The notes below the pieces were generated by a model. That model was not told the origin of the DNA. It was given only the letters and a program-made list of their open reading frames with translations, and made no database searches. Made by a program: the position numbers and the translations under genes. DNA of 64,000 nucleotides from Thermoplasmata archaeon (lineage in GTDB: Archaea > Thermoplasmatota > Thermoplasmata > Lutacidiplasmatales > UBA184). This document shows positions 27,963 to 37,774 of the stretch, piece by piece (within the stretch, counting starts at the first letter, position 1; every line of letters starts with the position of its first letter). The stretch spans positions 21,561 to 85,560 of the forward strand of contig JAKAYL010000001.1 in assembly GCA_021809545.1 (NCBI GenBank). Reading direction: 5' to 3'.

Positions 27963-28398
27963 ACCCCCGGCGAGGGCTCGCCGGTACTCCTCCCCGAACC
28001 GGGGAGACTTCCACCGGGCCCCCTCCGACGTCATCGAGGCGCTCGCCCTCCGCGCCCTCTATTCCTACGGGGGAGCCATCGATACCCAGAAGCGGCTCTA
28101 CGAGGAGGTCATGGACCAGTTGAAGGGGGAGGGAAAGGACCTCCGGATCGGCCCCGAACGGATGCGGACGATCCTTCTTTCCTCGAAGCGCATCGTCGTC
28201 GAGGTGCGCTACGCCGCCCGGCCCGTCTCCTCTGCGATCCGGGTCTGCCCTGTCTGCCGGAAACCCGTGGTCGAGATCCACAATGCGACGCTCGACGGGG
28301 GTAAGGTGGTGGCCGGGTTCAAGTGCACGAGCTGCACCTTCTGGACCCCGCTCAAGCGGCGCGTGCCCTGCCGCTACACGTTCCGGGCCGCCCGCTAA
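27913..28398 (+). CDS. Small basic protein with a C-terminal zinc ribbon
   Basis: VCPVCRK...KCTSC; overlaps the ATPase 3' end by 50 bp. 161 aa. Confidence 0.5.
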   Translation: MKRRSARGKAKAPAATEPPARARRYSSPNRGDFHRAPSDVIEALALRALYSYGGAIDTQKRLYEEVMDQLKGEGKDLRIGPERMRTILLSSKRIVVEVRYAARPVSSAIRVCPVCRKPVVEIHNATLDGGKVVAGFKCTSCTFWTPLKRRVPCRYTFRAAR

Positions 28399-28485
28399 CC
28401 CCTGTGCAGCTCTGAGCAACAATTGGCCCGTGGCGAGCCTCCGCTCCGGGGACGGTTCCAATGAAATGCGATAGTTTAAGTAGGG

Positions 28486-29721
28486 GTGACCGCTCTGGAG
28501 TACCTTGGGATACCCGTACAGATGCTTGGTCTATCGGCCTTACAGGAGGTGTTACTTGGTGTCTTCGGACTTCTCCTCCTGGCTACGGTTATTGCGGCCG
28601 CTGTTCAACGGCTGAAACCCTTCCCGGCGCTCTTCTACTCGGTCCTCTTCGGCGTTGTCATCCTCTTCTGTTTGTTCCCCGGAGTCCTGGCCTCCATTTT
28701 CGAAGGTCAACCCGGGCAGTCCGCCGCCTACCTCAGGTTCGATTTCCTTTTCGTCTTCTTCATCATCCTGGCGTACGCCTTTGTCACGCGGGAGTATGAT
28801 CACCACCGCGTGTTCTCCCAACAGGTCCGCTCGCAGGCCCTCGCGCACGCACTCCCGCTCTTGGAGTCTCAGAGCAAGGTCCCGCAGGGGATGACCCGCG
28901 TGGTCATCCTGGTCAGCGCCCGAAACGAGGAGAAGACCATCGGGGATGTGCTGGCGGGACTACCCACCCAGGTGGGCAAGCTCGAGTTCAAGACGGTCGT
29001 CGTGGATGATGGGTCCACCGATGCGACCCCGATCATCGCTCGTGGGGCCGGCGCCATCACGGTGCGTCACGGAACCTCGCTTGGGATCGGGGCCCCCCTC
29101 ACCACAGGATTCGTGGCCGCTTTGCAGCTCAACTGCCAGTACCTCCTCCACATGGATGCGGATGGCCAGCACAACCCCGACGACCTGATGCGCATCTTGT
29201 CCCCGTTGCTCGCGGGGCGGGCCGACATGATCATCGGATCGCGCTTCCGCGACATCAACCCCACCCACCTTTCCATCACTCGAACCTTCGGGATCCGTCT
29301 GTATACCAAGCTCGTGAACTCCTTCACGGGCTACCGCATCACGGACGCTACCTCGGGCTACTGGGGGATCCGGGCGGACAAGATCCCGGACATCATCTTC
29401 CACGCCGAGTACAACTACGCAGTGGAGATGCTCCTACGGGCCGGCCGGAACAAGGTCCGTTTGGACGAGGTCCCCGTGGTCCAGCTCCCCAGGAGCGGGG
29501 GCCATTCTCAGTTCCACAGCATCTCTCTTTTCCTCCTCTACCACCCGAGGGCTCTGGCGCAGATTGTCTCCGCATACTCCCATCCGGGCCCGAAGTTCCC
29601 CGAGTTTCCGCGCAGGCCCATGGAGGACCGAACTCACCTGATCGAGGAGAAGGCACCCAGTTCCCACCTTCTCGAGACACGGGTCCGAGGGGACGTGCAC
29701 TCCCACCCCGTGGAAAAGTAG
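28486..29721 (+). CDS. Family-2 glycosyltransferase (dolichyl-phosphate sugar transferase-like) with N-terminal TM helices
   Basis: VVILVSARNEE, VVVDDGSTD and HMDADGQH (DxD). Three N-terminal TM helices. GTG start; an alternative ATG lies at 28522. Confidence 0.8.
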   Translation: MTALEYLGIPVQMLGLSALQEVLLGVFGLLLLATVIAAAVQRLKPFPALFYSVLFGVVILFCLFPGVLASIFEGQPGQSAAYLRFDFLFVFFIILAYAFVTREYDHHRVFSQQVRSQALAHALPLLESQSKVPQGMTRVVILVSARNEEKTIGDVLAGLPTQVGKLEFKTVVVDDGSTDATPIIARGAGAITVRHGTSLGIGAPLTTGFVAALQLNCQYLLHMDADGQHNPDDLMRILSPLLAGRADMIIGSRFRDINPTHLSITRTFGIRLYTKLVNSFTGYRITDATSGYWGIRADKIPDIIFHAEYNYAVEMLLRAGRNKVRLDEVPVVQLPRSGGHSQFHSISLFLLYHPRALAQIVSAYSHPGPKFPEFPRRPMEDRTHLIEEKAPSSHLLETRVRGDVHSHPVEK

Positions 29722-29750
29722 GTTGCGCTACGCGCGACCCGTCTTCGAGA

Positions 29751-30611
29751 TCAGGCGTTCTTCCCGGGCAATGGCTTCTCCGCCAGGTAGCGGACATTGA
29801 GCCACAGGCCCAGATAGGCCGGACGTCCGGCCACCAGGGCCCGATGAAAGGAATGCAGCGGAGGTAGGACCGAGGGATCTCCCTCGAACTCCTGCACATC
29901 GAGCACCCGGCCCCCGCCCTTCTCCACTGCGGAGCGCACCGAGGTGTCGTCGAGGCCGAACATGTTGTTGACCGCCTCGCCCGTGCGGACCTTCTTGAGC
30001 GCAGCGAGAGCTCGCAGCCGCCAGGCCGCCGGGATGGGCTCGAGGAGGAAGTTGTCCAACACCACCTGGAAGACCGCCACCCCGCCGGGGCGAAGGATCC
30101 GCAGGAACTCGGAGATGTAATCCAGGGCGTGGGGGTAGGGAATGTGCTGCAGCACCATGTCCGAGTAGACGAGGTCGAAGGTGGAGGTCTCGAAGTTCGA
30201 GAGGTCCCCCCCCTGAGCCACGGTAAATTGGCAATTCGACTCCGAGGGCAGCAACCGCCGCGAGACTTCGACCATGGCGGGGGCATGGTCCACGCCGTCC
30301 ACCCGCGCGAAATAGGGAGACAGGCCCTGCGTGAGACGACCGGCCCCGCACCCGAAGTCCAATGCGCGTTCCCGGCGAAGAGGGAGGTGAAAAGACCCGA
30401 GGTACTCCATGACCCCGCGGATCTCCCGGCGCCCCAGGTCCAGGAAGTCCTCCTTCGTCCAATGCTTGCGGTCGCGCAACGTCCCGCGGAGAACATAGTA
30501 GAGGGGATCCTCTTTCCCCCTCTGGTCCCAGAGCTTCTGCATCTCGATCAGCTCTGCGGACCCTTCCGGCGGGGGAACGTGCCCCCTGGGGGTGTCGGTA
30601 TGTTCTGCCAT
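29751..30611 (-). CDS. Class I SAM-dependent methyltransferase
   Basis: Motif I LDFGCGAGRL plus acidic motif II and III. ATG at 30609-30611 (MAEHTDTP). Confidence 0.75.
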   Translation of the reverse strand: MAEHTDTPRGHVPPPEGSAELIEMQKLWDQRGKEDPLYYVLRGTLRDRKHWTKEDFLDLGRREIRGVMEYLGSFHLPLRRERALDFGCGAGRLTQGLSPYFARVDGVDHAPAMVEVSRRLLPSESNCQFTVAQGGDLSNFETSTFDLVYSDMVLQHIPYPHALDYISEFLRILRPGGVAVFQVVLDNFLLEPIPAAWRLRALAALKKVRTGEAVNNMFGLDDTSVRSAVEKGGGRVLDVQEFEGDPSVLPPLHSFHRALVAGRPAYLGLWLNVRYLAEKPLPGKNA

Positions 30612-30823
30612 GGATTCTCTTCGTAAGGAGCTGTGCTGGGGTCCCCGGCGGCCAGCCCGTGCCCGGGGCATCACCCCCGGGTAAAAAGGGTACTGCTGCT
30701 CGACTTCCTGCCCGACGGCGCCCGACGAAAGGGACCGGGGCACGGACTCTCGGACGGAACCCCTTGGCCCCCGGGGGAGTCTCAAAGACAGGCCTTATCT
30801 ATGGATGGGAATTGGAATCGACG

Positions 30824-31939
30824 ATGGACCGAACGCTGCGCCGGTTCCGCCGGAGGGGCTCGACGGCGCCCACCCGTCTCTTGCTGCTCGCCGGGGCCGT
30901 GATCCTGGCGGCGATGGCGGCCTCGGCCTACCTGGTCGGGGAGGGGATCATAGTGAGCGCCGCACAGCCCGCGGTCCAGGCGGTGGTGACATTGCCCAAC
31001 GTGAGCCCGGCATCCTACCTCTGGGTCAACTACTCCAACCCCGGGAACGTACCCGTGAGCGCTCCCTTGGTCGTCCTTTCCCCGATATTGAACGGATCGG
31101 GGAACTACCTCCCGCTCAATCCCGAAGTGCACACCGGTCAATACTCCGTGGAGACCTACGGGCTGGGGGTCCCCTCGGCCCAGAGCCCTCCCAATTCCGC
31201 TTGCTCCCCGTCGCTCACGCTTTCCCACCTCACCTTCGGGAATTACTCCCAGGTAGCCGGAGGAGCGCTCCAGGGGGGAGGCTCCCTCTCCGTCTTCTTT
31301 TCCGGAGGTCCGAACTCCTCGTCCTGGGGAATGGGCATCTTCCTTGCCACGGCAGGGGACTACTCCCCGCTCGTGGTGGTCCAGGAGACCGGGAGCGGAA
31401 ACCCCTCGGCCACCGTGTCCTACTACGAGTACGATACCTGGCAGCACTTCTACCTCGTGGCCCAGTCCCCTCCGTTTCCCCTGGACAACTCCCGGGGGTG
31501 GGAACTCTCCCTTGCGATATCCGCCGATGGGAACCTGACGGCCTTCGTGAACAATCGTGCGGAATTCACCCATGCCATTGAGGGAGGTACCGGTTCCCTG
31601 GAGGCTTTCGGGATATGGACCCCGGCTCCCCAGGGGATCCAAGGGATCTACCTTCAGTCGGGGGGGAGGGCCGCCTACGAGGGCCTTCCCGGCAGTTGCG
31701 GCCACCTCCTTTTCCTCCCCTTTGAATCGCTGGGTTTCCCCCAACTCTCCGCCACCCAGGGCACGCTCCATCTGCTCGGGCCCTATCTCTTTCCTTCGGT
31801 GACCGTGGAACCGGTCTACGTGCTGGAGGAGTTTGTCGTGCAGGGGTCCCAGCCGTTCACCACCGCTGTGTACGGGGGCACTCCCCTGGTCCTCCCGGTC
31901 GGAGGGAACGTGACGCTCCAGATCCCCTGGGATCGGTGA
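30824..31939 (+). CDS. Secreted or membrane-anchored protein rich in N-glycosylation sequons
   Basis: N-terminal signal-anchor LLLLAGAVILAAMAASAYL and several N-x-S/T sequons (NVS, NYS, NGS, NYS, NSS, NLT, NVT). Confidence 0.55.
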   Translation: MDRTLRRFRRRGSTAPTRLLLLAGAVILAAMAASAYLVGEGIIVSAAQPAVQAVVTLPNVSPASYLWVNYSNPGNVPVSAPLVVLSPILNGSGNYLPLNPEVHTGQYSVETYGLGVPSAQSPPNSACSPSLTLSHLTFGNYSQVAGGALQGGGSLSVFFSGGPNSSSWGMGIFLATAGDYSPLVVVQETGSGNPSATVSYYEYDTWQHFYLVAQSPPFPLDNSRGWELSLAISADGNLTAFVNNRAEFTHAIEGGTGSLEAFGIWTPAPQGIQGIYLQSGGRAAYEGLPGSCGHLLFLPFESLGFPQLSATQGTLHLLGPYLFPSVTVEPVYVLEEFVVQGSQPFTTAVYGGTPLVLPVGGNVTLQIPWDR

Positions 31940-31948
31940 CCTTGGTTC

Positions 31949-34387
31949 ATGGATCCCCTCTTCCGCTGGATTCGTAACGGGGCCCTCCTCGCGGCCGCCC
32001 TTCTCATCGGAGGATTCGTCGTCGCCGGGTGGGCGGGACTGCTGGGGTTCGCCGTCTATCTTTGCGCGATCGTCCTTCCCGGGGGGTTCGTCTACGCTCT
32101 CCTTGCGAATCGGCTCCGTCCCGAAAAGCCCCGACTCATCGAAGCGGTGTTCTATTCCCACCTCCTCGGACTGGGCCTCGTCATCGGGGCTGGGTGGACC
32201 CTGGCCCGATGGGGAGCGTTCTCGCTCGCGGGAACCTTCCTCTTGGAAGCCCTCGTCGTGGCGTTGGTTGGCGTCGGGGGGCGACGGGAGTTCTCGGCGA
32301 TCACTCGCACCCTCCGGGAAGGGGGGATATCCCTGGACCGGGAATGCCTCGCCTACCTAGGGATCGTCGTGGGCCTTGCGACCGCAGTGATCATCCCTGT
32401 GCTGATCGTCCAGAGCCATGGATTCCTTGTTGCGGACGACACCGCCGTCTTCGCGCGTGCGGCCAACGCTCTCCTCCGCACCGGTGACTGGACGAAGGCC
32501 GTCCAGATCTTCCCCTTCCTCCCTCCGGCGGCCGCCAACACCGCCTTCGGGAACCCGGCGATCAGCATCCTCTACGCGGTCTTCGCAGGATCGGCCGGGG
32601 TCAACGCCATCTACGTAGCAGGGCCCCTCTACACCCTCTTGCTCGTCCTGCCCACCCTCGGATTGTACCTCTTGGTGGGCCGCTTCACGAAACATCCGCT
32701 CCTCACCTATGCTCTCCCCGTCCTGTGGATGCTGGGATTCTGGAGCGACAAGGCGATCTTCTTCAACAACTCGCTCGTAGCGTCCTACTACGGGATCATA
32801 CCGGACGCGGTCCTCAGCCTCACGGGCTATGTGGCGGTCCTCGTCCTGTTGACCGATCTCCTGCGTGGAACAGGTAAGCAGTCGTACGAGCTGAGCCTGT
32901 TGAGCGTCGGTCTCTTCCTCGGCATCATGGGAGACCCACTGACCTTCGTTCTGATCGCCATTGCCTTCGTCTTCTTCGGGATCTGGATGCTCCATGCCCG
33001 GGGCGTGCGCTGGTCGATCCCCCGGCTGCTGGCCCCGCTTGTCCTGACCGCCGTGTTGTTGCCCCCCTATCTCGTTCCCTCGTACGCCGTCGGGGCCTCG
33101 AACGGTCTCTCTGGGGGCATGCACCTCACCTGGAGAACGCTCCTCATCTACAACTGGACCGGGATGGAGGGATTCTACGACTCCTTGGATCTGTTCGGGG
33201 TCGTGCTCTCCGTCTTTGCCGTGGCCAAGGTCCTTCTCTCCAAGATCCCCCTCCGAGGAAGGAAGCCCTTCTCCTACCATGTCGAGGGGATCCTCCCCTT
33301 CGGGCTCCTCACCGCGGCCGGCCTCTATCTCGTCTTCAACCCCCTCGTCGCTTCGCTCCTGGGAGTCACCTTTGGCCGCTTCGTGGAGTACGTGGGGATC
33401 TCGATGGTTCCTCTCGTGGCCTTTGGCCTCGACCGCCTGCTGCGCCCCCGTGTGCCGCGTCCCCGGCTGGGGAAGGTGGCCGCCGTCCTCGTGGTGATCC
33501 TGATCGGTACCTGCGGAGCGGTCAGCGTCCAGCAGAATCTCCAGTCCGCCGCGATGGCCTCCCAAACTCAGTCCCTGTTCAACGCCGACATGATGGCCGC
33601 TGCGGAGTGGCTGCAGGCCCATGGCACTCCGGGCAGCACCGTGGTCGTCGATTCGATGGCCGGGAACCAGGCCCCGTTGCCCATGCAGGATTTCGCGGAT
33701 CTCACCTTCATGTACCGACCCCAGTACGATCTCTACAATTCCATCTACAACCCTCCTATCCCCTCCGTGGGAAACCCCTACTTCTTCCTCAACCGGGCCA
33801 TCGAGTATCCCACCCAGACCAACGTGACCGCCGCCTGGCAGGTCTTTGCCATGAAATACTACGTGTTCCAGGTCGGCTACTCCGATACCGAGATCCAGGT
33901 GTTCTCTCACCTTCCGTACGTCCAGCGCGTCTACTCGAACGCGGTCGTCGAGGTATTCGGGTACACTGGAGGTTCCGCCCCGGGATTCGTGCCCGCCATC
34001 TCCTACTTCGATGCCAGTCCCAACCTCACCACCGCCTACTTCGGTTCGGCGTATTCGGTCGCGTACGGCCTCCCTCACGTTCCCAACAGCGTCCAGTCGC
34101 TCACCACGGACGGTGCGGTCGATGGCTCCTTCCTTTCCTACGGGCTCAAGAACATCTCGGCGGGGAACTATTCCCTCACCGTGCACCGCTACACCTACCA
34201 GACCAGCGAGTACCTCAAGGTCTCGGTGAACGGAGCCTACGTGGGAAGCGTGGATTTCCTCGCACTCGGCCCCAATTTCAGCACGTCAGTCTCCTTCCCC
34301 TTGGTCAGCGGCAACGACACCGTCACGCTCACCCTGGAGGGTACCGTCGGCTACATGGACCCGATCGATTTCTTCGTGGTCTCGTAG
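31949..34387 (+). CDS. Large polytopic membrane protein (more than 13 TM helices) with a ~280-aa C-terminal extracytoplasmic domain; GT-C-like putative glycosyltransferase
   Basis: Topology resembles oligosaccharyltransferase/YfhO/ArnT-like GT-C enzymes, but there is no WWDYG motif. The C-terminal domain has several sequons. Confidence 0.6.
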   Translation: MDPLFRWIRNGALLAAALLIGGFVVAGWAGLLGFAVYLCAIVLPGGFVYALLANRLRPEKPRLIEAVFYSHLLGLGLVIGAGWTLARWGAFSLAGTFLLEALVVALVGVGGRREFSAITRTLREGGISLDRECLAYLGIVVGLATAVIIPVLIVQSHGFLVADDTAVFARAANALLRTGDWTKAVQIFPFLPPAAANTAFGNPAISILYAVFAGSAGVNAIYVAGPLYTLLLVLPTLGLYLLVGRFTKHPLLTYALPVLWMLGFWSDKAIFFNNSLVASYYGIIPDAVLSLTGYVAVLVLLTDLLRGTGKQSYELSLLSVGLFLGIMGDPLTFVLIAIAFVFFGIWMLHARGVRWSIPRLLAPLVLTAVLLPPYLVPSYAVGASNGLSGGMHLTWRTLLIYNWTGMEGFYDSLDLFGVVLSVFAVAKVLLSKIPLRGRKPFSYHVEGILPFGLLTAAGLYLVFNPLVASLLGVTFGRFVEYVGISMVPLVAFGLDRLLRPRVPRPRLGKVAAVLVVILIGTCGAVSVQQNLQSAAMASQTQSLFNADMMAAAEWLQAHGTPGSTVVVDSMAGNQAPLPMQDFADLTFMYRPQYDLYNSIYNPPIPSVGNPYFFLNRAIEYPTQTNVTAAWQVFAMKYYVFQVGYSDTEIQVFSHLPYVQRVYSNAVVEVFGYTGGSAPGFVPAISYFDASPNLTTAYFGSAYSVAYGLPHVPNSVQSLTTDGAVDGSFLSYGLKNISAGNYSLTVHRYTYQTSEYLKVSVNGAYVGSVDFLALGPNFSTSVSFPLVSGNDTVTLTLEGTVGYMDPIDFFVVS

Positions 34388-34420
34388 CCGGGAAGCCTCG
34401 GGACGACGGATCTGCCGGTC

Positions 34421-35509
34421 TCACCGGTTCGACTGCACTCGGACGGAGACGAGGTACGCCCGGCGGGAAAGACTCCGGCTGAAGAGGGAGAGGAGGGACC
34501 AGCCGAGGGCGAGGGCTCCAGGCCACCTCCGCAAGCGGGCCGAGTAGGGTAGGAACGCCACGATCCCCCGGGCGATGTCGCCGCGGGAAGCTTCCTTGGC
34601 CCGGGAGAGGGCCACGAGACGGGTGAACTCCCTCTCCCGGAAGATCAGCGGGAGAAGGTTGGATCGGTGGTGTTCCCGGGCCATGTCGACGATCACCTCC
34701 CAGGAGGCCAACTCCCTCCGGTCGTTCTGTTCCAGCTTCGTCCATGCTTCCGACTCGTCCGTGTTCGCGGACTGGGACATCCCCTCCCCGTGGACCCGGT
34801 AGCGCGTTAACCGATCGCTGAGGAAGAGCATCGAGCGCCCCGAGATCGCGGCCGCGTACAGCAGGAAGGAGTCTTCGTTGGTCCGCAACGAGCGCAGGCG
34901 GGGCAGTACCGCTCTCACCATGTCCCGACGTAGTGAGATCGCGCTGTCGTTGAACCCCAAGGATCTCCATCGGAGGACCCGAGCCAGCTCGGACGGGTGC
35001 GACCCATCGACGTGCTCCTCTTCGTCCGAGGGTCGCCCAGAGGCTGCGAACCGTCCCCGCGTCTGCAGCGTCTCCCCGGTCGCGGAGATCCGTTGCACCC
35101 CGTTCCAGACGTACACGAGATCAGGGCGCTTGTGGAAGGCGGAGAGCACCCGCGTGAGCTTCGACGGGGCCCACTCATCATCGTCGTTGAGAAGGCACAG
35201 GACCGGACCGTGGGCCTCCTCGACGCCCAGGGCCAGCATCTCCCCGATGCTCATCTCCCCGACCAATTGGAACCGTAGCCGGTGCCGCGGATGCCGCTCG
35301 CCCACCGCCCTTAGAACGTCACCGTGCGCGGGAACGTTCGACAGCAGGATCACCTCGAAGAGCTCGGGGGAGCACTCCTGGGCGCACGCGCTCTCGAGGG
35401 CACGCTCCAGGAAGCGGGATCGGTTGTAGGCGGTCACGAGCACCGTCGCCTCGGGAATCCCGGAGGGTGCCTTGGGAGGCGCCTGCATTCCCTCAGCCTT
35501 CCCGCTCAT
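34421..35509 (-). CDS. Family-2 glycosyltransferase
   Basis: ATVLVTAYNRSRFLERALES and LNDDDEW (DxD). Confidence 0.8.
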   Translation of the reverse strand: MSGKAEGMQAPPKAPSGIPEATVLVTAYNRSRFLERALESACAQECSPELFEVILLSNVPAHGDVLRAVGERHPRHRLRFQLVGEMSIGEMLALGVEEAHGPVLCLLNDDDEWAPSKLTRVLSAFHKRPDLVYVWNGVQRISATGETLQTRGRFAASGRPSDEEEHVDGSHPSELARVLRWRSLGFNDSAISLRRDMVRAVLPRLRSLRTNEDSFLLYAAAISGRSMLFLSDRLTRYRVHGEGMSQSANTDESEAWTKLEQNDRRELASWEVIVDMAREHHRSNLLPLIFREREFTRLVALSRAKEASRGDIARGIVAFLPYSARLRRWPGALALGWSLLSLFSRSLSRRAYLVSVRVQSNR

Positions 35510-35575
35510 GAACCGTTTTCGATCTCGGAAGTGCGTCGGCGGTTCCGCGTCGGGGGGGCGAGGAAGTTCGGATGC

Positions 35576-36682
35576 TCATTCCTGGATCCCCGCCGCTTCC
35601 GCATAGATCGCGAGGGTGCCCTCGATCATGTGTTCGACGCTGAACTCCCCCACGCGCCGTCGTCCGCGCTCGACGAGGTCGCGCGCCAGCGAGGGGGAGC
35701 TCAACAACCGAACGATTCCAGATGCGAGCTCGGGGACGGAGTCCCGGGGCACCACGATGCCCGAGTTCCCGACGAACTCGGGCATGTCCAACCAGTCGTT
35801 CACCACGACGGGAGTACCCACATGCATGGCCTGCATGATCGAGAGGCTGAACCCGATCCGGGAAGGATAGACGAGGGCTCCCACCGACCGGAGCTTCTCC
35901 CCGAGGGCCTGCTCGGAGAGGAACCCGCAGAACTCCACGCTCTTCTCAATCCCTAACTTCCGCGCGAGGGCACGCATGTTCTCGGTCTCTGCGCTCTGGC
36001 CCGCGAACCAGAGCCGCGCCTTCGGGAACGCCGAGAGGACCTCGGGCATGGCGCGCAGGACGAGATCTCCCCCACGGGCCCAAGGGTTCCAGCTCCCGAG
36101 GAAGAGCAGGTCCTCGGGCTTTCTCTCGACAGGGGCGATGGGCTTGTTGGGGACGCCCAGGTCCCGGGGATCGACCCCGATCGGGACCACGCGCACCCGT
36201 TCCTCGGGGATGCCGAGGTGGCGCACCAGGTAATCCTTGGCGAACTGGTAGGTCACGATCACTCGCGTGCTCCGGCGGGCCGAGACCGTGATGCACCACC
36301 GCAGGAAGGTGTAGCGGACGGGGTTCGCGCTCCAGAGGTAGAAGGGCATCACGTCGTGGATGGTGGTGACGAAGGGGGTCCGGCCGGTGAGGGCGAGCGC
36401 CCGGCCCCCCACCGGGGAGACCGCGTGCCAGAGGGGTGCGCGCTGGCGCATGAGCTTCGCGAAAATGGAGGGCTCCCCCATCAGCAACTGCTCGATGTTG
36501 TTCGCGAAGGGGCCGTTCTCCACGATCCCGTAGGGCACGGTCTGGGCGCGGTACTCACGGTCGAGATAGAAGAGATACCGGTCGATGCCCCGCCCGGTGT
36601 CGGGACGGGGGACGTACGGGTAGCCCAGTATCTCTACCCGGGGGAGGTGGGAAGGGTGCCCCATCCTCTCGACGCGGTCCAT
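35576..36682 (-). CDS. Glycosyltransferase family 4 / GT-B (group 1)
   Basis: The C-terminal GT-B domain carries an EX7E-like region. The start is set at the ATG at 36680-36682; the longer ORF to 37276 is a spurious Arg/Gly-rich extension overlapping the next gene. Confidence 0.8.
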   Translation of the reverse strand: MDRVERMGHPSHLPRVEILGYPYVPRPDTGRGIDRYLFYLDREYRAQTVPYGIVENGPFANNIEQLLMGEPSIFAKLMRQRAPLWHAVSPVGGRALALTGRTPFVTTIHDVMPFYLWSANPVRYTFLRWCITVSARRSTRVIVTYQFAKDYLVRHLGIPEERVRVVPIGVDPRDLGVPNKPIAPVERKPEDLLFLGSWNPWARGGDLVLRAMPEVLSAFPKARLWFAGQSAETENMRALARKLGIEKSVEFCGFLSEQALGEKLRSVGALVYPSRIGFSLSIMQAMHVGTPVVVNDWLDMPEFVGNSGIVVPRDSVPELASGIVRLLSSPSLARDLVERGRRRVGEFSVEHMIEGTLAIYAEAAGIQE

Positions 36683-36759
36683 CGGACGTCCCCATCCCTC
36701 CGAGGGAATATGAGGATTTGCGACCGGGACCGTGCCGAGGGAGGAGGTCCCGGACACGC

Positions 36760-37770
36760 CTACCTGCCGAGGGAACTGACCCGGGTGCCTTCCTTGGCGG
36801 CCCGGTAGAGTGCCTGGATGATCTCCACCACGCGCATCCCGTCCCGACCGCTCTCGAGGTGGGGAGAGGGCGAATGGACGGACCCGAGGAACTCGTGGGC
36901 CTCCCGTTTGAAGGACTGCTTCTCGGCCTTGGAGAAGTCGAACGCCTGGGTCTGCTTGTCCTTGCCGACGACCGTGACGAGCGCCGCGTCCCCCCGGCTG
37001 TCGATGGCCATGCGTCCCTCCGTGCCGTAGGCCTCTAGGAAGAAGTAGCCGTTCCACTCGGTCCATGAGGCTTGGAAAAGAATGGGCATGCCGCCCTGCC
37101 CGACGAGGGTGGCCAGGAAATTGTCTTCGATGGAGGGGGGGAGTTGGTGTAACCGCTGGAACGACTGTCCCGATACCTGGTCCACGTCGCCGAAGAGCCA
37201 CCGGAGGATGTCGAGGATGTGCGGTCCGTTGTCCATCAGAGTCCCGCCGCCGATGATGGCAGGGTCCTGCGACCAAGGCTCGGTCTTGAGGACCCAGCCC
37301 TCGTGCCCGATCCAGCCCCGTGCGAAGAGGGGCTTTCCAATCGCGCCGTGCTCCACGAGCTCCTTCGCCTTTTCCACGTTCTCAAAGAAACGCACGTTCG
37401 ACCCGACCATCAGGGAGAGTTTCCGGGACTCTGCCTCCCGGACCATCTCGCGGGCGTCTGCGACCGTGATGCTGAGCGGCTTCTCACAGAAGACGTGCTT
37501 TCCGCCGCGCAGGGCGCGCAGGGCGAGGGGAGCGTGCGTGGAGTTCGGCGTGCTGATGAAGACCGCGCCAACGGCGGGGTCGTCGATGGCCGCCAAGGGG
37601 TCGGGGACCGCCCGGCAACCAAGTTCCTTGGCCACGGCCTCCGCACGGGAAAAATCGGTATCGGAAACCACCTCGAGATGGGAGGTGGGATGCGAGGTCG
37701 TGGCGACCGCCCGGCGCTTTCCCATCCGGCCGCACCCGACGACCGCCACCCCGAGTTTCTTCTCTGACAT
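36760..37770 (-). CDS. Gfo/Idh/MocA-family NAD(P)-dependent sugar oxidoreductase
   Basis: Rossmann motif GVAVVGCGRMGKRRA and EKP motif (FCEKPLS). Confidence 0.85.
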   Translation of the reverse strand: MSEKKLGVAVVGCGRMGKRRAVATTSHPTSHLEVVSDTDFSRAEAVAKELGCRAVPDPLAAIDDPAVGAVFISTPNSTHAPLALRALRGGKHVFCEKPLSITVADAREMVREAESRKLSLMVGSNVRFFENVEKAKELVEHGAIGKPLFARGWIGHEGWVLKTEPWSQDPAIIGGGTLMDNGPHILDILRWLFGDVDQVSGQSFQRLHQLPPSIEDNFLATLVGQGGMPILFQASWTEWNGYFFLEAYGTEGRMAIDSRGDAALVTVVGKDKQTQAFDFSKAEKQSFKREAHEFLGSVHSPSPHLESGRDGMRVVEIIQALYRAAKEGTRVSSLGR

Positions 37771-37774
37771 TGGC

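Noticed and set aside
31949-34387. Identification of the 812-aa membrane protein as the oligosaccharyltransferase AglB/STT3.
   Set aside because: The topology fits, but no WWDYG or related catalytic motif is visible. I keep it as a GT-C-like unknown.
35576-37276. 566-aa version of the GT4 glycosyltransferase, and similarly the 638-aa version of lpdA (40668-42584).
   Set aside because: The N-terminal extensions are Arg/Gly/Pro-rich, overlap upstream genes and precede a well-placed ATG (36682) or a GTG that overlaps the upstream stop (42083). I treat them as ORF-finder over-extension.
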